A stretch of 64,000 nt of DNA, from assembly GCA_047967505.1 (NCBI GenBank), contig CM106538.1; one strand, 5' to 3'. How positions within the stretch are numbered: the stretch's first letter is position 1; each line of letters starts with the position of its first letter. Below, piece by piece: positions 1 to 10,111 of the stretch. Below the pieces are notes generated by a model. The model was not told where the DNA came from. It saw only the letters and a list, made by a program, of their open reading frames with translations, and ran no database searches. This stretch comes from Dipteris shenzhenensis (lineage: Eukaryota). The position numbers were made by a program, and so were the translations under genes.

Positions 1-248
1 AAGTATTGGGTGCAGATGATCAAATTGTTTCTCCTCATGAGATTATAGAAGTTACAGATTTAACTTTTATTCCTCACGAACCTGAATCTATTCTTGAATT
101 CCGTGAAAGACAGATTCGAAATCGTACTATCACAGAATACAAGATTAAGTGGAAGGATCGTGTTGAGGAGGATGCAACATGGGAGACATTACAAAACCTC
201 CAAAGAACATTTCCCGATTTCTTAGCGAACTCAGGAGTGAGTTCTTAG
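1..248 (+). mobile_element. 3' end of Ty3/gypsy chromovirus pol (chromodomain), truncated by window edge
   Basis: Translation EPESILEFRERQIRNRTITEYKIKWKDRVEEDATWE is a retroelement chromodomain. It is followed directly by polypurine tract GAGGAGGGGGAG (248-259) and TG. Confidence 0.9.
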
Positions 249-261
249 AGGAGGGGGAGTA

Positions 262-782
262 TGTCATGTGCACGGATTGGTATCTGACGTGTACTAGTTA
301 CACAGAACTAGCTCAGGTTAGCCTGGGGAGGCTTAGAGCTAGGCAGGCTTGATTCTCGGGTTGAGTGGCAAGGGTACGAACTATTTATAGGTCTTCGCTA
401 TTTTTGGCGCCGGGGCCCAAGTCTATAAAAGAGGCCCAGGGGGTTCAGTTCTCAGTGTGCAGTTGGGAGCAAGTCTCGTTCTCAGGTGCTAGGTCTGATC
501 CTGGATTGTGTCGCGGACGCGCGCCTGCATCTTAGCGTAGTACAAGGCCCAGTGGCAGATCCAGGGCTTCACAGCGCCACCTGGTGGTATGGGACACCAG
601 GCTGGTTGGGATCTGATTGGGAGTTCGTGCCAGTAGCTCAGCTCGTGGCTCGGGGGGACATCTTCTGATTCGGGATCACATCCTGTAGATGTCACGGTTG
701 GGTGGTGAGCAGCCTGCTCAGTTCTGATGTTGTGTGTGGTTATTTTGCAGATCAGGGGTTTCAGGAGTGCTGGGATGTGTCA
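262..782 (+). repeat. 3' LTR of the chromovirus above (about 521 bp)
   Basis: Starts TGTCATGTGCA just after the PPT and ends GTGTCA, the same termini as the LTR at 10112-10602. TATA-like CTATAAAA at about 423. Confidence 0.75.
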
Positions 783-1800
783 CCAAGGAAAGTAAATCTC
801 TCAATCTAAACAAGGTTACATATCGTTGAGTAGTCTCCTCGAGAAATCAAGTAACGCATGAATCCACAGAGTTAATTCCGTTGACATATCCGTACACAAG
901 CATGGTAAAATCCGTACCTGAAGGTAAATGATTCTATCAACCTTATCTATTGAGTTCTAACTTGGAATTCACGAAAAAATATTCATCATGCTGAATACCC
1001 TTGAACTCAAAAATCTTAGATCGAGATCGAGGAATCATTGTTCGAACAACCCCATCAATTGAGCCCCTTGAGGTCAATTTCTAGGTTGCAATTTCTATCA
1101 ACCCTAATTCTTGAATTACTTAGTATTTTGAAAATCCCTCAACGGAAGACCTTTGTAATTCAAATTCTTGGGTTGAAATACATGACAGACTTTCCATCGC
1201 AGAACAATTAGGTATCCGTTCATAACTCATGATGAAAGAATCTTCATGGAAGTATCAATGGGCAAAATCTTGACCAAAGATATGGTCCCCTTGATCTATC
1301 CTCGAAATGCCCCTACATGAGGATAATCAGTAAAAATTCAGTTGGCTATATCTAGTCAATGATACTGTTCTAGACATGTATATAGTCAACCATCATAGGA
1401 ATAGCATCCTATGTGATCCAAAGACTACGGAAACATACAATCCGAAATCTCTAAAAATAAGATCCACTACCAAATATCCTGTATAAACTTGTGCACAATA
1501 AACCGCTCCTATCACAGGATCATCCAGTTCTTAGGATCTCTTATCTAGGAACATCAAGTTTCAAACAAGGCATTGACAGACCATCATCAGAAGAGATGTG
1601 GTAACCCTCCCCGAGATTGAGTCTAGACTATGGATCCCCAGGGTTGAACCAAAAAAAAAAAACATGGCTTCTCTCAGGGTAAAGAATCTTAGTCAGTCCT
1701 CGTAAAAAATCTAATCAGGTTGCCCCCAATTCAATTCAGCCTACTTGTACTTCACCCTAGAGGTCCTTGGGTATTATTTCACGCTGGATTATACCACCAC

Positions 1801-1976
1801 ATCAGAGAATCTTAAATGTAACATACCTTAGTGTCCCATACCACCAAAGTATACTGCAAATAAAAAACTCAGTGGACAATATGAGTAAATCAGGTATCAG
1901 AGAATCTTAAATGTAACATACCTTAGTGTCCCATACCACCAAAGTAACTCAGTGGACAATATGAGTAAATCAGGTA
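1801..1976. repeat. Tandem duplication (95 bp unit, second copy with about 15 bp deletion)
   Basis: ATCAGAGAATCTTAAATGTAACATACC...CAGGTA starts at 1801 and again at 1896. Confidence 0.9.
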
Positions 1977-2652
1977 GCCAATCCCTCTTCAACTCTAAGC
2001 CATACAAAATTGGGGAGCTTCTTCAACCAAGAGTGGTTCAAAAGATCCAATCGAGCAAAAAATAATTAGGTGTCGGTCAAAACTGAGGATTTCAACTTCT
2101 TCATCGCTTCTCAATAACTCGGAAGCGGTATAAAGACTCTAAAACAAGCTGTCTACATTTAGAACAACATGAGCCTTCTTCAATATATTTATGGTACTGA
2201 GGGGTTTTATAGTAGTGAAGAGCTGCCCAAAGTTCATCCATCAAGGAATCCATCTCTTGTAGCAGGTCATGAGGTCTACGAGGAATAACCTCCGATGTAG
2301 CCTCAAATAAAACAGTAATCCAACGTAGGTGTCTCATTACTTTGATGTCCTTCCATGGCTCGAAAATATCTCGCACAGGAGAGGGACTAGAAGAAAAACA
2401 ACTGCGTCTAAACGCGTGCTCTTCACACTAGCAAAAGAGAATTTGGTGCTGCGTGGAATCAAGGAAGAAGGCGAGTAGAGGACAGCAAGAAAGATGGCGG
2501 AATGAATTTGATAGGCTGATCTCAGACAGAAAGAGGGTGAGAAATTCGCCTTCATGCGCTGAGGTGCTGAAGTGAGAAAGAGAGAGAAATCTTGGGTATA
2601 TAAATAGCCAGGAAGGGCCATCAAAAGCTAGGTGAATTTAGGGTGGGTGCTT

Positions 2653-2916
2653 GATTTAGAGCAAGTGCTTTCCTTGCTAGAGAAAAACAAAAAAGCAACC
2701 TGCTTTTTAACAAAAAAAAAACAGTCTCGCTTTTAATAGATCTTGTCCCGCTTTTCTCCAGCCAGCCAAAAATAGCCAAAACGCGCCAGATTTAGAGCAA
2801 GTGCTTTCCTTGCTAGAGAAAAACAAAAAAGCAACCTGCTTTTTAACCAAAAAAACAGTCTCGCTTTTAATAGATCCTGTCCCGCTTTTCTCCAGCCAGC
2901 CAAAAATAGCCAAAAC
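2653..2916. repeat. Tandem duplication (about 136 bp unit)
   Basis: GATTTAGAGCAAGTGCTTTCC... starts at 2653 and again at 2789, near identical. Confidence 0.9.
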
Positions 2917-3134
2917 AAGCTAAAATCAGGCCATACGCTCCTTCCCAAAGCCAAGCGCCTGCCCCAATCACATCGCCCCTATCTCTGATGCTCGAATTTC
3001 CTAGACAAGCCGTTTTCTAGGCTTATGAAGGCTCTCTCTTTCCTCCTCCTCAACTGCAGCAAATCTAGGTCTCTAGGGTAGGAATCTCATCCTTGAGAAC
3101 CTAGAGCAAATTCTTTCCCTAACCAACCTACTCT

Positions 3135-3290
3135 TCAAGTACGCTGAAATATGACGCTTTATTACATTGGAAATACAAGAAGCTGAAACTACAGGGATGG
3201 ACTCCCCTTTCAACTTTACATCAAGTACATGGCTCTATGAGTTAAAGAAATCTTTATGTTTCTCATTTGTACATCAGCCCCCACCCTGTA
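3135..3290 (-). mobile_element. Older gypsy pol fragment (post-protease), left part, split by the young element
   Basis: Joining across CTGTA gives LLGMPWMY|RVGADVQMRNIKISLTH...VKLKGESIPVVSAS, continuous with the protease at 9832-10110. Confidence 0.7.
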
Positions 3291-3754
3291 TGTTACCACT
3301 CTTTTCTATCCTAGTCTCTAGTTCCGATCACGGGAGTAGCACCTCTCTTATCCACCCAGCCAAACTGCCAAAGCTTCCAGCATGAGAGAGAGAGCAGTTA
3401 CAAAATCACGTAAAAATCCACACTTCTTCATTCTCTCTCTCATGCCTTGACAGACCCCAATTCCCTAGATAGATCTAGATGCCACATGTCATCCATATAG
3501 GGCCTTTCTAATGCAACATTTCACCCCTCTCTTGGGATGCATTTAATTCCTTGCCCCTAGGCACATTCTTTGCACTAGGCCCCTGGTCTCAGATCTATCT
3601 AGTCCGGTGCTAACAGCCCTCACCTAGGACCTTGACATTAATCCCTCCCGATCATTTACATAAAGCGCAAACACATATATTACAAAGATAGATCCTATAA
3701 GGGAAATGTCGACTGATTCTTCCGAGGTCATGCTACCTCGGCTAGAGCGTAACA
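3291..3754 (-). repeat. 3' LTR of intact chromovirus
   Basis: Direct repeat of 9368-9831. One substitution seen (GGCCCCTGG vs GGCCCTTGG). Confidence 0.97.
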
Positions 3755-3766
3755 TTCCTTCCCTCT

Positions 3767-6700
3767 TCAGACATCAGCGTCCTCGATGATAAAGTCTGGG
3801 AACACTCTCCGCAACTGATATACGGATTCCCAGGTAGCTTCGGATAGAGGCTGACCATGCCATGCAACCAACACCGTGGGTATCTTCCGATTTCGTATTT
3901 GCATTGTTCCTCGGTCCAGGATTCTTGTTGGTTTGCGCCTTGCAATATCCTCTATCTCCTGAAACAAAACCACACCTTCGATTAGTGAGTCACCAGTATG
4001 TAAAAATTTCTTTAAACGTGAAACATGAAAAACCGGGTGCACCTTACACCCCTGTGGCAATTCTAATTTATAGGCTACACTGCCTATTCTTTTCAGAATT
4101 AACCACGGCCCACAGTATCGAGGTGATAACTTAGCACACTCTCCTGAAGTCAACGACTTCGAGTGCGAAGGAATTCTGAGAAAAACTTTTTCTCCTTCTT
4201 CAAATACTCTTATAGACCGATTTTCATCCGCATACACCTTGGCTCTATCCATAGCCTGACGGATATTAGCTCTCGCAAGTGCTAGCATCTCCCGCATCTG
4301 AACTACAAAGTTCGCGGCACTAGGCACTTTCTGAGGTACTCCAACTATAGTTGGATTGGCTGGCCTATAACCATAGTTCAGCTCAAACGGACTGAACCCA
4401 GTAGATGAATGTTTCCGATCATTGTAGGCAAACTCCAACAATGGCAACCACTTGTCCCATGTATGTTGCCTCAATGACACATATGCCCTTAGCATATCCT
4501 CTAAAGTCTGGTTGACTCTCTCCGTCTGACCATCCGTCTCAGGATGGTCCCCACTACTCATTCCCAACTCAGTCCTTAGTGTCTCAAATACCGCTGTCCA
4601 AAAGTGACCGGTAAACCTGACATCTCTGTCTGACACTATGGATCTAGGCAATCCATGCAGACGAAATATATGTCTAATAAACAATTCCGCTACTTGCGGG
4701 GCACTAACAGACTCTCTAGTCGGAATGAAGTGAGCCATCTTGGTTAGACGATCAACCACCACAAGGATAGAATTATACCCTCCTTGTGTTGCAGGTAACC
4801 CTACAATAAAGTCCATGGAAATGCTCTCCCACTTACTTAGTGGTATTTCCAAGGGCTGTAAAAGTCCGGGTGGCTTCACCCGCTCGGCCTTACTTACTTG
4901 ACACGAGAAACACCGTGTCACATATTCATGAATATGCTTTTTCATCTTTGGCCAAAAGAAATCTCGCTTCACGAGATCATAGGTCTTCTCGACTCCTGGA
5001 TGTCCCGCACACGGGCTATCATGGCATTGTCGAATGACTCTCTGCCTGAGATCATTCTGACCAGGTACTACAACCTTGCCATTTCTAACTAGCATACCAT
5101 CCCTTATGGTATATCTTGCATAAGTTTGGCCTTTTCTGGATGCCAGGTCATCCTTTTCACTTTCCCCGGGTTTTAACACATGAGCCTTAGGCCATAAGCT
5201 CTGGACAAACTCGTCCACCTTCTGAATTTCTCTGATCTCGGTCATTAGAGCACTCTCTAATACCGTGAAACTCAGGTTGTGCATAATGCGAGACAACGCA
5301 TCAGCTATCTTATTGTCTTTTCCTCTTCGGTACCGAATCGTTAGATTAAACTCCTGCATGAGCTCTGCCCACCTAGCTTGGCGGCCCCTCAAGTCAGGCT
5401 GTTTACAGAAATGTTTCAGAGTATCATGATCCACATCCACATAAAACTCTGAACCATACAGATAATGCCTCCATGTTTTCAAAGCATGGATAACAGCGTA
5501 CAACTCCAATTCATGAGTTGGCCAATTCCTTTGAGAGGGAGAAAGCTTCTTGCTTTCAAAGGCTACTGGCCTTCCCTCTTGAAGGAGGACTGCTCCTACC
5601 GCAACGCCACTTGCATCGGTTTCTAGGAACAACGGTTTCTGGGGATCAACTATTTTTAACACCGGTCCTGAGACCACAGCTTGTTTTATGGTGTTAAAAC
5701 TTTCTTGTTGATTCTGTCCCCAAATAAAAGGTACTCTATCTGAGGTCAGATCAGTCAATGGCGATACTATTCCGGAATATCCTTTGATATGCCTTCTATA
5801 AAACTGGACAAATCCCAAGAATGATCGCAACGCGGTCAGACTCTGAGGGATTGGCCAAGTCAGTATCGCAGCCACTTTCTTCGGATCCATTTCTACCCCC
5901 TGTGGAGTAATTATGAATCCTAAGTACTCAAGCCTAACCATACACAGTATAGTTTTCTTTTTATTCACGTAAAGACTGGCTTTCCTCAAAGTACTGAACA
6001 CTATTCTTAAGTGTTCATAATGCTCAGTAACACTTTTACTGAATATCAAGATATCGTCAATAAAATGTACTACGAACTTTCCGATATACGGTCGTAGTAA
6101 GTCGTTCATAAGCATGACGAAGGTCGCTGGAGCATTGGTAAGGCCGAAGGGCATTACCAAAAACTCATAATGACCAAACCTACTTCTAAAAGCGGTTTTA
6201 TGCACATCCTCGGCTCTAATCCGGATCTGATGATAGCCGCACTTGAGATCTATCTTGCTGAAAATCACGGCTCCATGTAATGCATCTAGCAAATCATCAA
6301 TCCGAGCCATCGGATACCTGTGCTTAACAGTGATATTATTCAATGCTCTGTAATCTATACAGAGGCGAAACGTATCATCCTTTTTCCTCTTTAATATCAC
6401 TGGCGAAGCAAATGGTGAGAAACTTGGTTGAATCTGCCCCAACTTGAGGTATTCTTCCAGTTGCCTACGCACCTCCGCTTCTTCAGTAAAACTCATTCTA
6501 TAGGGAGGTCTATTTACAGGTTCTGCCCCCGGGATCAGTTCAATCTTAAGCTGAACTTTCCGCTCTGGAGGTAACCCATAAGGTACTTCATCCCTAAAGC
6601 ATTCAGAGAACTCCTCTGTTATAAGATTAGCCAGCTTGGCCATCTCATCACTTTGCGTAACATCAGTGCTAGTCGAAGAATCATTCACCGACTCTACCGA

Positions 6701-8470
6701 TGCGGTGCAAAGGTACAAAAACTCCACTTGAGCCTTCCTGATTTCCATCACGGAAACCAACGGTCCCTGAGGTATATCTTTTTCACCTCGCAAGACATAA
6801 AGCACATCATTCATCTTGAATTGATATACGTGCTTTTTCCAATCAATGGCTGGATTCTTCCTAGAATGCCACGCCATTCCCAGGGCTATATCCGCATGAG
6901 CAAGCTTGGTCATTTCAAAATCAAGCTTCTCAGTATAGTCCTGAATCCGAAGCTCCAACTGGGTAACCCTTTGGTCCCATACTTCAGTTGAACTTCCATC
7001 AGCCATCCTGACTGTATACGCATAGTCAGATGGACTTGTCTTTAATTTCAGCCTCTTCACGAGCTTGGAGTTAATCACATTGTGAGTTGACGCGGAGTCA
7101 AACAACACAATGACATCATGACTGGCCACTTGCCCTTTCATTTTAATTAACTCCGTATCATTGAAGGCTGTATACCCCGTTGCTGCGGGCTTAGATAGGA
7201 TGTTATCAGGTGCACTCGTCACTAACTTAGCAACAGACACACATAACAAACAAGGTACTAACCTCTGAGAAGATCCCGCTAGCTGAATCTGCATCTCTTC
7301 CGCTCTAGGACTTCCCTGTATCTCCACGTCGCACTCTGAGATCACCATCTCAGCCATCCGACGATCTTTATTACGTGGACAATCTCTCCACTGATGAGGT
7401 TGAAGGCAACCAAAGCATAAGCCTTCTCTCCTCGCTTTTTCCCTTTGTTCTGGGTTCAAGGGAGACTTAGACCAAGCCCGGGCTGCCATTGGAGTTACTT
7501 TTCTCTTCACTCCAATGGTGGTACTTGGTTTAGGAGTTTCAGCCGGTCTCGCCTGCTTGGCTTGACCACTCGGCTGCGAACCACTCCCTTTACTAGTCCA
7601 CTTCTTCTTAAACCCAGATTTCTTCGGATACCCATACTGGGTTCCGACCTGTGCAAACCCACTTGGCTTGCTGCCCTTGGCATCCTCGTAGTTCAGGGCT
7701 ATAGCTATTGCATCATCTAGCGTGTTCGCGTACTTAGCCCGAACTTCCATTTTTATTCGGTCATTCAATCCAAATATGAAATCTTTCACTTGGATTGATT
7801 GAGGCAGGGGTTCGTCAACCTTCATTACACTCTCTCGAAACTTATCAGTGTATTCTGCCACTGATAAATTTCTCTGACGCAGGTTCCTATATTGATCCCA
7901 AGCTCGGGATGCCTCGTCAGGAGGTAAGAAGTGTTTCCTGAACTCTCTTTTAAACCCCTCCCAGGTAGTGGATGCTATGCCATCCTTTTGTTGTTTAATC
8001 CACCACCGGTCCGCTGCCTCACTGAACATGTGGGTGGCCTCGCGGATCTTTTTGATGTCATTTCTGATCTCACAAATGGCGAACGCCTCGTCCCATTTGT
8101 GTAGCCAGGTCTCAATGACATCGGAGCTACGGTCGTTCATCCGACCAGAATACTTTTCCGGTCTGTAATTGGCAATAATGGGCACTTTAGCCTTCCTAGG
8201 CTCGACCGTATGGACACTAGACTCCGGTTCCATTGGAGCCTTTCCCTTCTCCTCTCGAGAAGGTCTGGCAGACATACTATGTATCGCTCTCCTAAGCTCG
8301 GACTGCCCTGCATTAGCTTGTAATTGCTGCGCTAACAACTGTTGCAAGGCATCTTCCAGCAATGCAATTCTGCCAGATAAAGTGTGAGCTACTGGGCGCG
8401 ATCCCTGCTGGGTCGGCCGGACTCCTGATTCACCAGGGTCCCTCCTGGAAGCTCCTTCTTCTGCTTCCAT
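3767..8470 (-). CDS. Gag-Pol polyprotein, 1567 aa (Gag, Zn knuckle, protease, RT, RNase H, integrase, chromodomain)
   Basis: CFGCLQPHQWRDC knuckle; LFDSASTH protease; LCIDYRALN, MPFGLTNAPATF and FIDD in RT; TDAS/ELELYA RNase H; HHCC plus SMDF, SDRD and GQTER integrase; GPW motif; LVAWHG...EATWE chromodomain. Gypsy domain order. Confidence 0.97.
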   Translation of the reverse strand: MEAEEGASRRDPGESGVRPTQQGSRPVAHTLSGRIALLEDALQQLLAQQLQANAGQSELRRAIHSMSARPSREEKGKAPMEPESSVHTVEPRKAKVPIIANYRPEKYSGRMNDRSSDVIETWLHKWDEAFAICEIRNDIKKIREATHMFSEAADRWWIKQQKDGIASTTWEGFKREFRKHFLPPDEASRAWDQYRNLRQRNLSVAEYTDKFRESVMKVDEPLPQSIQVKDFIFGLNDRIKMEVRAKYANTLDDAIAIALNYEDAKGSKPSGFAQVGTQYGYPKKSGFKKKWTSKGSGSQPSGQAKQARPAETPKPSTTIGVKRKVTPMAARAWSKSPLNPEQREKARREGLCFGCLQPHQWRDCPRNKDRRMAEMVISECDVEIQGSPRAEEMQIQLAGSSQRLVPCLLCVSVAKLVTSAPDNILSKPAATGYTAFNDTELIKMKGQVASHDVIVLFDSASTHNVINSKLVKRLKLKTSPSDYAYTVRMADGSSTEVWDQRVTQLELRIQDYTEKLDFEMTKLAHADIALGMAWHSRKNPAIDWKKHVYQFKMNDVLYVLRGEKDIPQGPLVSVMEIRKAQVEFLYLCTASVESVNDSSTSTDVTQSDEMAKLANLITEEFSECFRDEVPYGLPPERKVQLKIELIPGAEPVNRPPYRMSFTEEAEVRRQLEEYLKLGQIQPSFSPFASPVILKRKKDDTFRLCIDYRALNNITVKHRYPMARIDDLLDALHGAVIFSKIDLKCGYHQIRIRAEDVHKTAFRSRFGHYEFLVMPFGLTNAPATFVMLMNDLLRPYIGKFVVHFIDDILIFSKSVTEHYEHLRIVFSTLRKASLYVNKKKTILCMVRLEYLGFIITPQGVEMDPKKVAAILTWPIPQSLTALRSFLGFVQFYRRHIKGYSGIVSPLTDLTSDRVPFIWGQNQQESFNTIKQAVVSGPVLKIVDPQKPLFLETDASGVAVGAVLLQEGRPVAFESKKLSPSQRNWPTHELELYAVIHALKTWRHYLYGSEFYVDVDHDTLKHFCKQPDLRGRQARWAELMQEFNLTIRYRRGKDNKIADALSRIMHNLSFTVLESALMTEIREIQKVDEFVQSLWPKAHVLKPGESEKDDLASRKGQTYARYTIRDGMLVRNGKVVVPGQNDLRQRVIRQCHDSPCAGHPGVEKTYDLVKRDFFWPKMKKHIHEYVTRCFSCQVSKAERVKPPGLLQPLEIPLSKWESISMDFIVGLPATQGGYNSILVVVDRLTKMAHFIPTRESVSAPQVAELFIRHIFRLHGLPRSIVSDRDVRFTGHFWTAVFETLRTELGMSSGDHPETDGQTERVNQTLEDMLRAYVSLRQHTWDKWLPLLEFAYNDRKHSSTGFSPFELNYGYRPANPTIVGVPQKVPSAANFVVQMREMLALARANIRQAMDRAKVYADENRSIRVFEEGEKVFLRIPSHSKSLTSGECAKLSPRYCGPWLILKRIGSVAYKLELPQGCKVHPVFHVSRLKKFLHTGDSLIEGVVLFQEIEDIARRKPTRILDRGTMQIRNRKIPTVLVAWHGQPLSEATWESVYQLRRVFPDFIIEDADV

Positions 8471-9352
8471 TTGTTCAGTAGGTGTATTGTTTTGGGGTTT
8501 TTTTTTTTTAAAAAAAAAAACACCCTTCGAACACTGTAATCACAAACTGACACTCTGAACACAATTCCCTATACTAGGGAATTCCTGCAACCTGACATGC
8601 ACACTAATTACGTATTTGACACAGGCATATATATTCAATCCCGCCTTTCCTTATACTAGGGAAATTTCTGCAAATAACTCAAGTATACCGGCATAGTCTC
8701 AACACAATCTGTCCTTGTTACAGCATCATATTCTATGCATACTTGTCGCTATTCACGCAAACGGAGTATCAGCAACTAAACCAGGGAAAAAAAACATAGA
8801 ATCAACAGAAATGACAAAGAGCCTTCCTGGTCTACGAATTCTGATCCAAACCCAAAAGGGAAAATAGGTAGAAGGCCCCCTGGAATTCGAATTCTGCTGC
8901 TTGCAGCCTGCACGACTGACTGCTATCACATCTCCATTAAAACCACGAAGGGCGTCGTGACACGGGTCTGCACTCCACGCCTGGCGATCTTTCGAGTGCC
9001 TAGGCACCCTTTTCGGACACGTACGTAAAAGAATGGCGAATCTGCTCCGAATACGTAGCTTTAACAAAGCTCGTCGGCCATCTGCTATCCTTCGTCGCTC
9101 GTCAGCAATTTCTTCGTTCGCTTCCTCTCCAAAGAAGCTCCGTCAGGTCCGGTGATACCAGCTTACGCGATCGTGATGCCAGCTTACGCGATCGTGATAC
9201 CACTTACGCGATCGTCAGACGGACCCTTGCCCTTAAGGTAATCCAACACCCCGCCAATTCGTAGGTCCGCACGTGAGCGCCACACTGTCGCAACCCTCGA
9301 CGAATCGCTCCAACAGCCCGTTCGTCGATTCTACCTTTCCTTCCAACCTTCC

Positions 9353-9364
9353 GCTCTGATACCA
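9353..9364 (-). other. Primer binding site (initiator tRNA-Met)
   Basis: Minus strand TGGTATCAGAGC, 3 nt inside the 5' LTR boundary. Confidence 0.95.
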
Positions 9365-9367
9365 AAA

Positions 9368-9831
9368 TGTTACCACTCTTTTCTATCCTAGTCTCTAGTT
9401 CCGATCACGGGAGTAGCACCTCTCTTATCCACCCAGCCAAACTGCCAAAGCTTCCAGCATGAGAGAGAGAGCAGTTACAAAATCACGTAAAAATCCACAC
9501 TTCTTCATTCTCTCTCTCATGCCTTGACAGACCCCAATTCCCTAGATAGATCTAGATGCCACATGTCATCCATATAGGGCCTTTCTAATGCAACATTTCA
9601 CCCCTCTCTTGGGATGCATTTAATTCCTTGCCCCTAGGCACATTCTTTGCACTAGGCCCTTGGTCTCAGATCTATCTAGTCCGGTGCTAACAGCCCTCAC
9701 CTAGGACCTTGACATTAATCCCTCCCGATCATTTACATAAAGCGCAAACACATATATTACAAAGATAGATCCTATAAGGGAAATGTCGACTGATTCTTCC
9801 GAGGTCATGCTACCTCGGCTAGAGCGTAACA
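9368..9831 (-). repeat. 5' LTR of intact chromovirus
   Basis: TG...CA, adjacent to the PBS, direct repeat of 3291-3754. Confidence 0.97.
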
Positions 9832-10111
9832 CTGTACATCCAAGGCATCCCAAGCAAAGCATCACACTCTGGCAAAGGCATAATGTAGAAGTCCTCTGCA
9901 TCCTGATTTCCTTGGATATGCATCCTCAACTTGCTAATGATAGGAGTGACAGGTGTGTTGAGTTCAGGGTTGGCCATATCACACATGCTGGATGGCCCCA
10001 TTTCCTCAGGCTTGATGCCAAGCCTTCTTGCCATATCAGGAGTTATGAAATTCGCCTTTGCCCTAGAATCAAAGAAAAACAAACAATTTTGATTTCTGAT
10101 TTTTCCCCATG
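9832..10111 (-). mobile_element. Older gypsy aspartic protease fragment (right part)
   Basis: FFFDSRAKANFIT...DFYIMPLPECDALLGMPW, a degenerate retroviral-type protease. Confidence 0.8.

Larger units (their letters stand above)
783..3130 (-). mobile_element. Unclassified degraded repeat, probably retrotransposon non-coding/accessory region, with orphan ORF remnant 2101-2430
   Basis: Lies between two gypsy pieces and contains two internal tandem duplications. The minus strand has TATA-like TATTTATAT (about 2597-2606), a CT-rich leader and then a broken ORF. No domain recognised. Confidence 0.35.
3291..9831 (-). mobile_element. Intact full-length Ty3/gypsy chromovirus LTR retrotransposon (6541 bp)
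   Basis: Two 464 bp TG...CA LTRs (3291-3754, 9368-9831), CTGTA TSD (3286-3290, 9832-9836), PBS TGGTATCAGAGC, PPT AGAGGGAAGGAA (3755-3766) and an uninterrupted polyprotein ORF. Confidence 0.98.

Noticed and set aside
262-1187. Longer LTR defined by TGTCATG...CATGACA
   Set aside because: The related LTR at 10112 ends in GTGTCA before its PBS, which matches an end at 782. The 1187 site probably belongs to another element or is chance.
3380-3455. miR156/529-like precursor suggested by GAGAGAG stem and nearby TGACAG
   Set aside because: No contiguous match to the mature miRNA; the similarity is low-complexity.
3862-8387. Plus-strand ORFs overlapping the gag-pol gene
   Set aside because: Antisense shadows of the long coding frame with no independent support.
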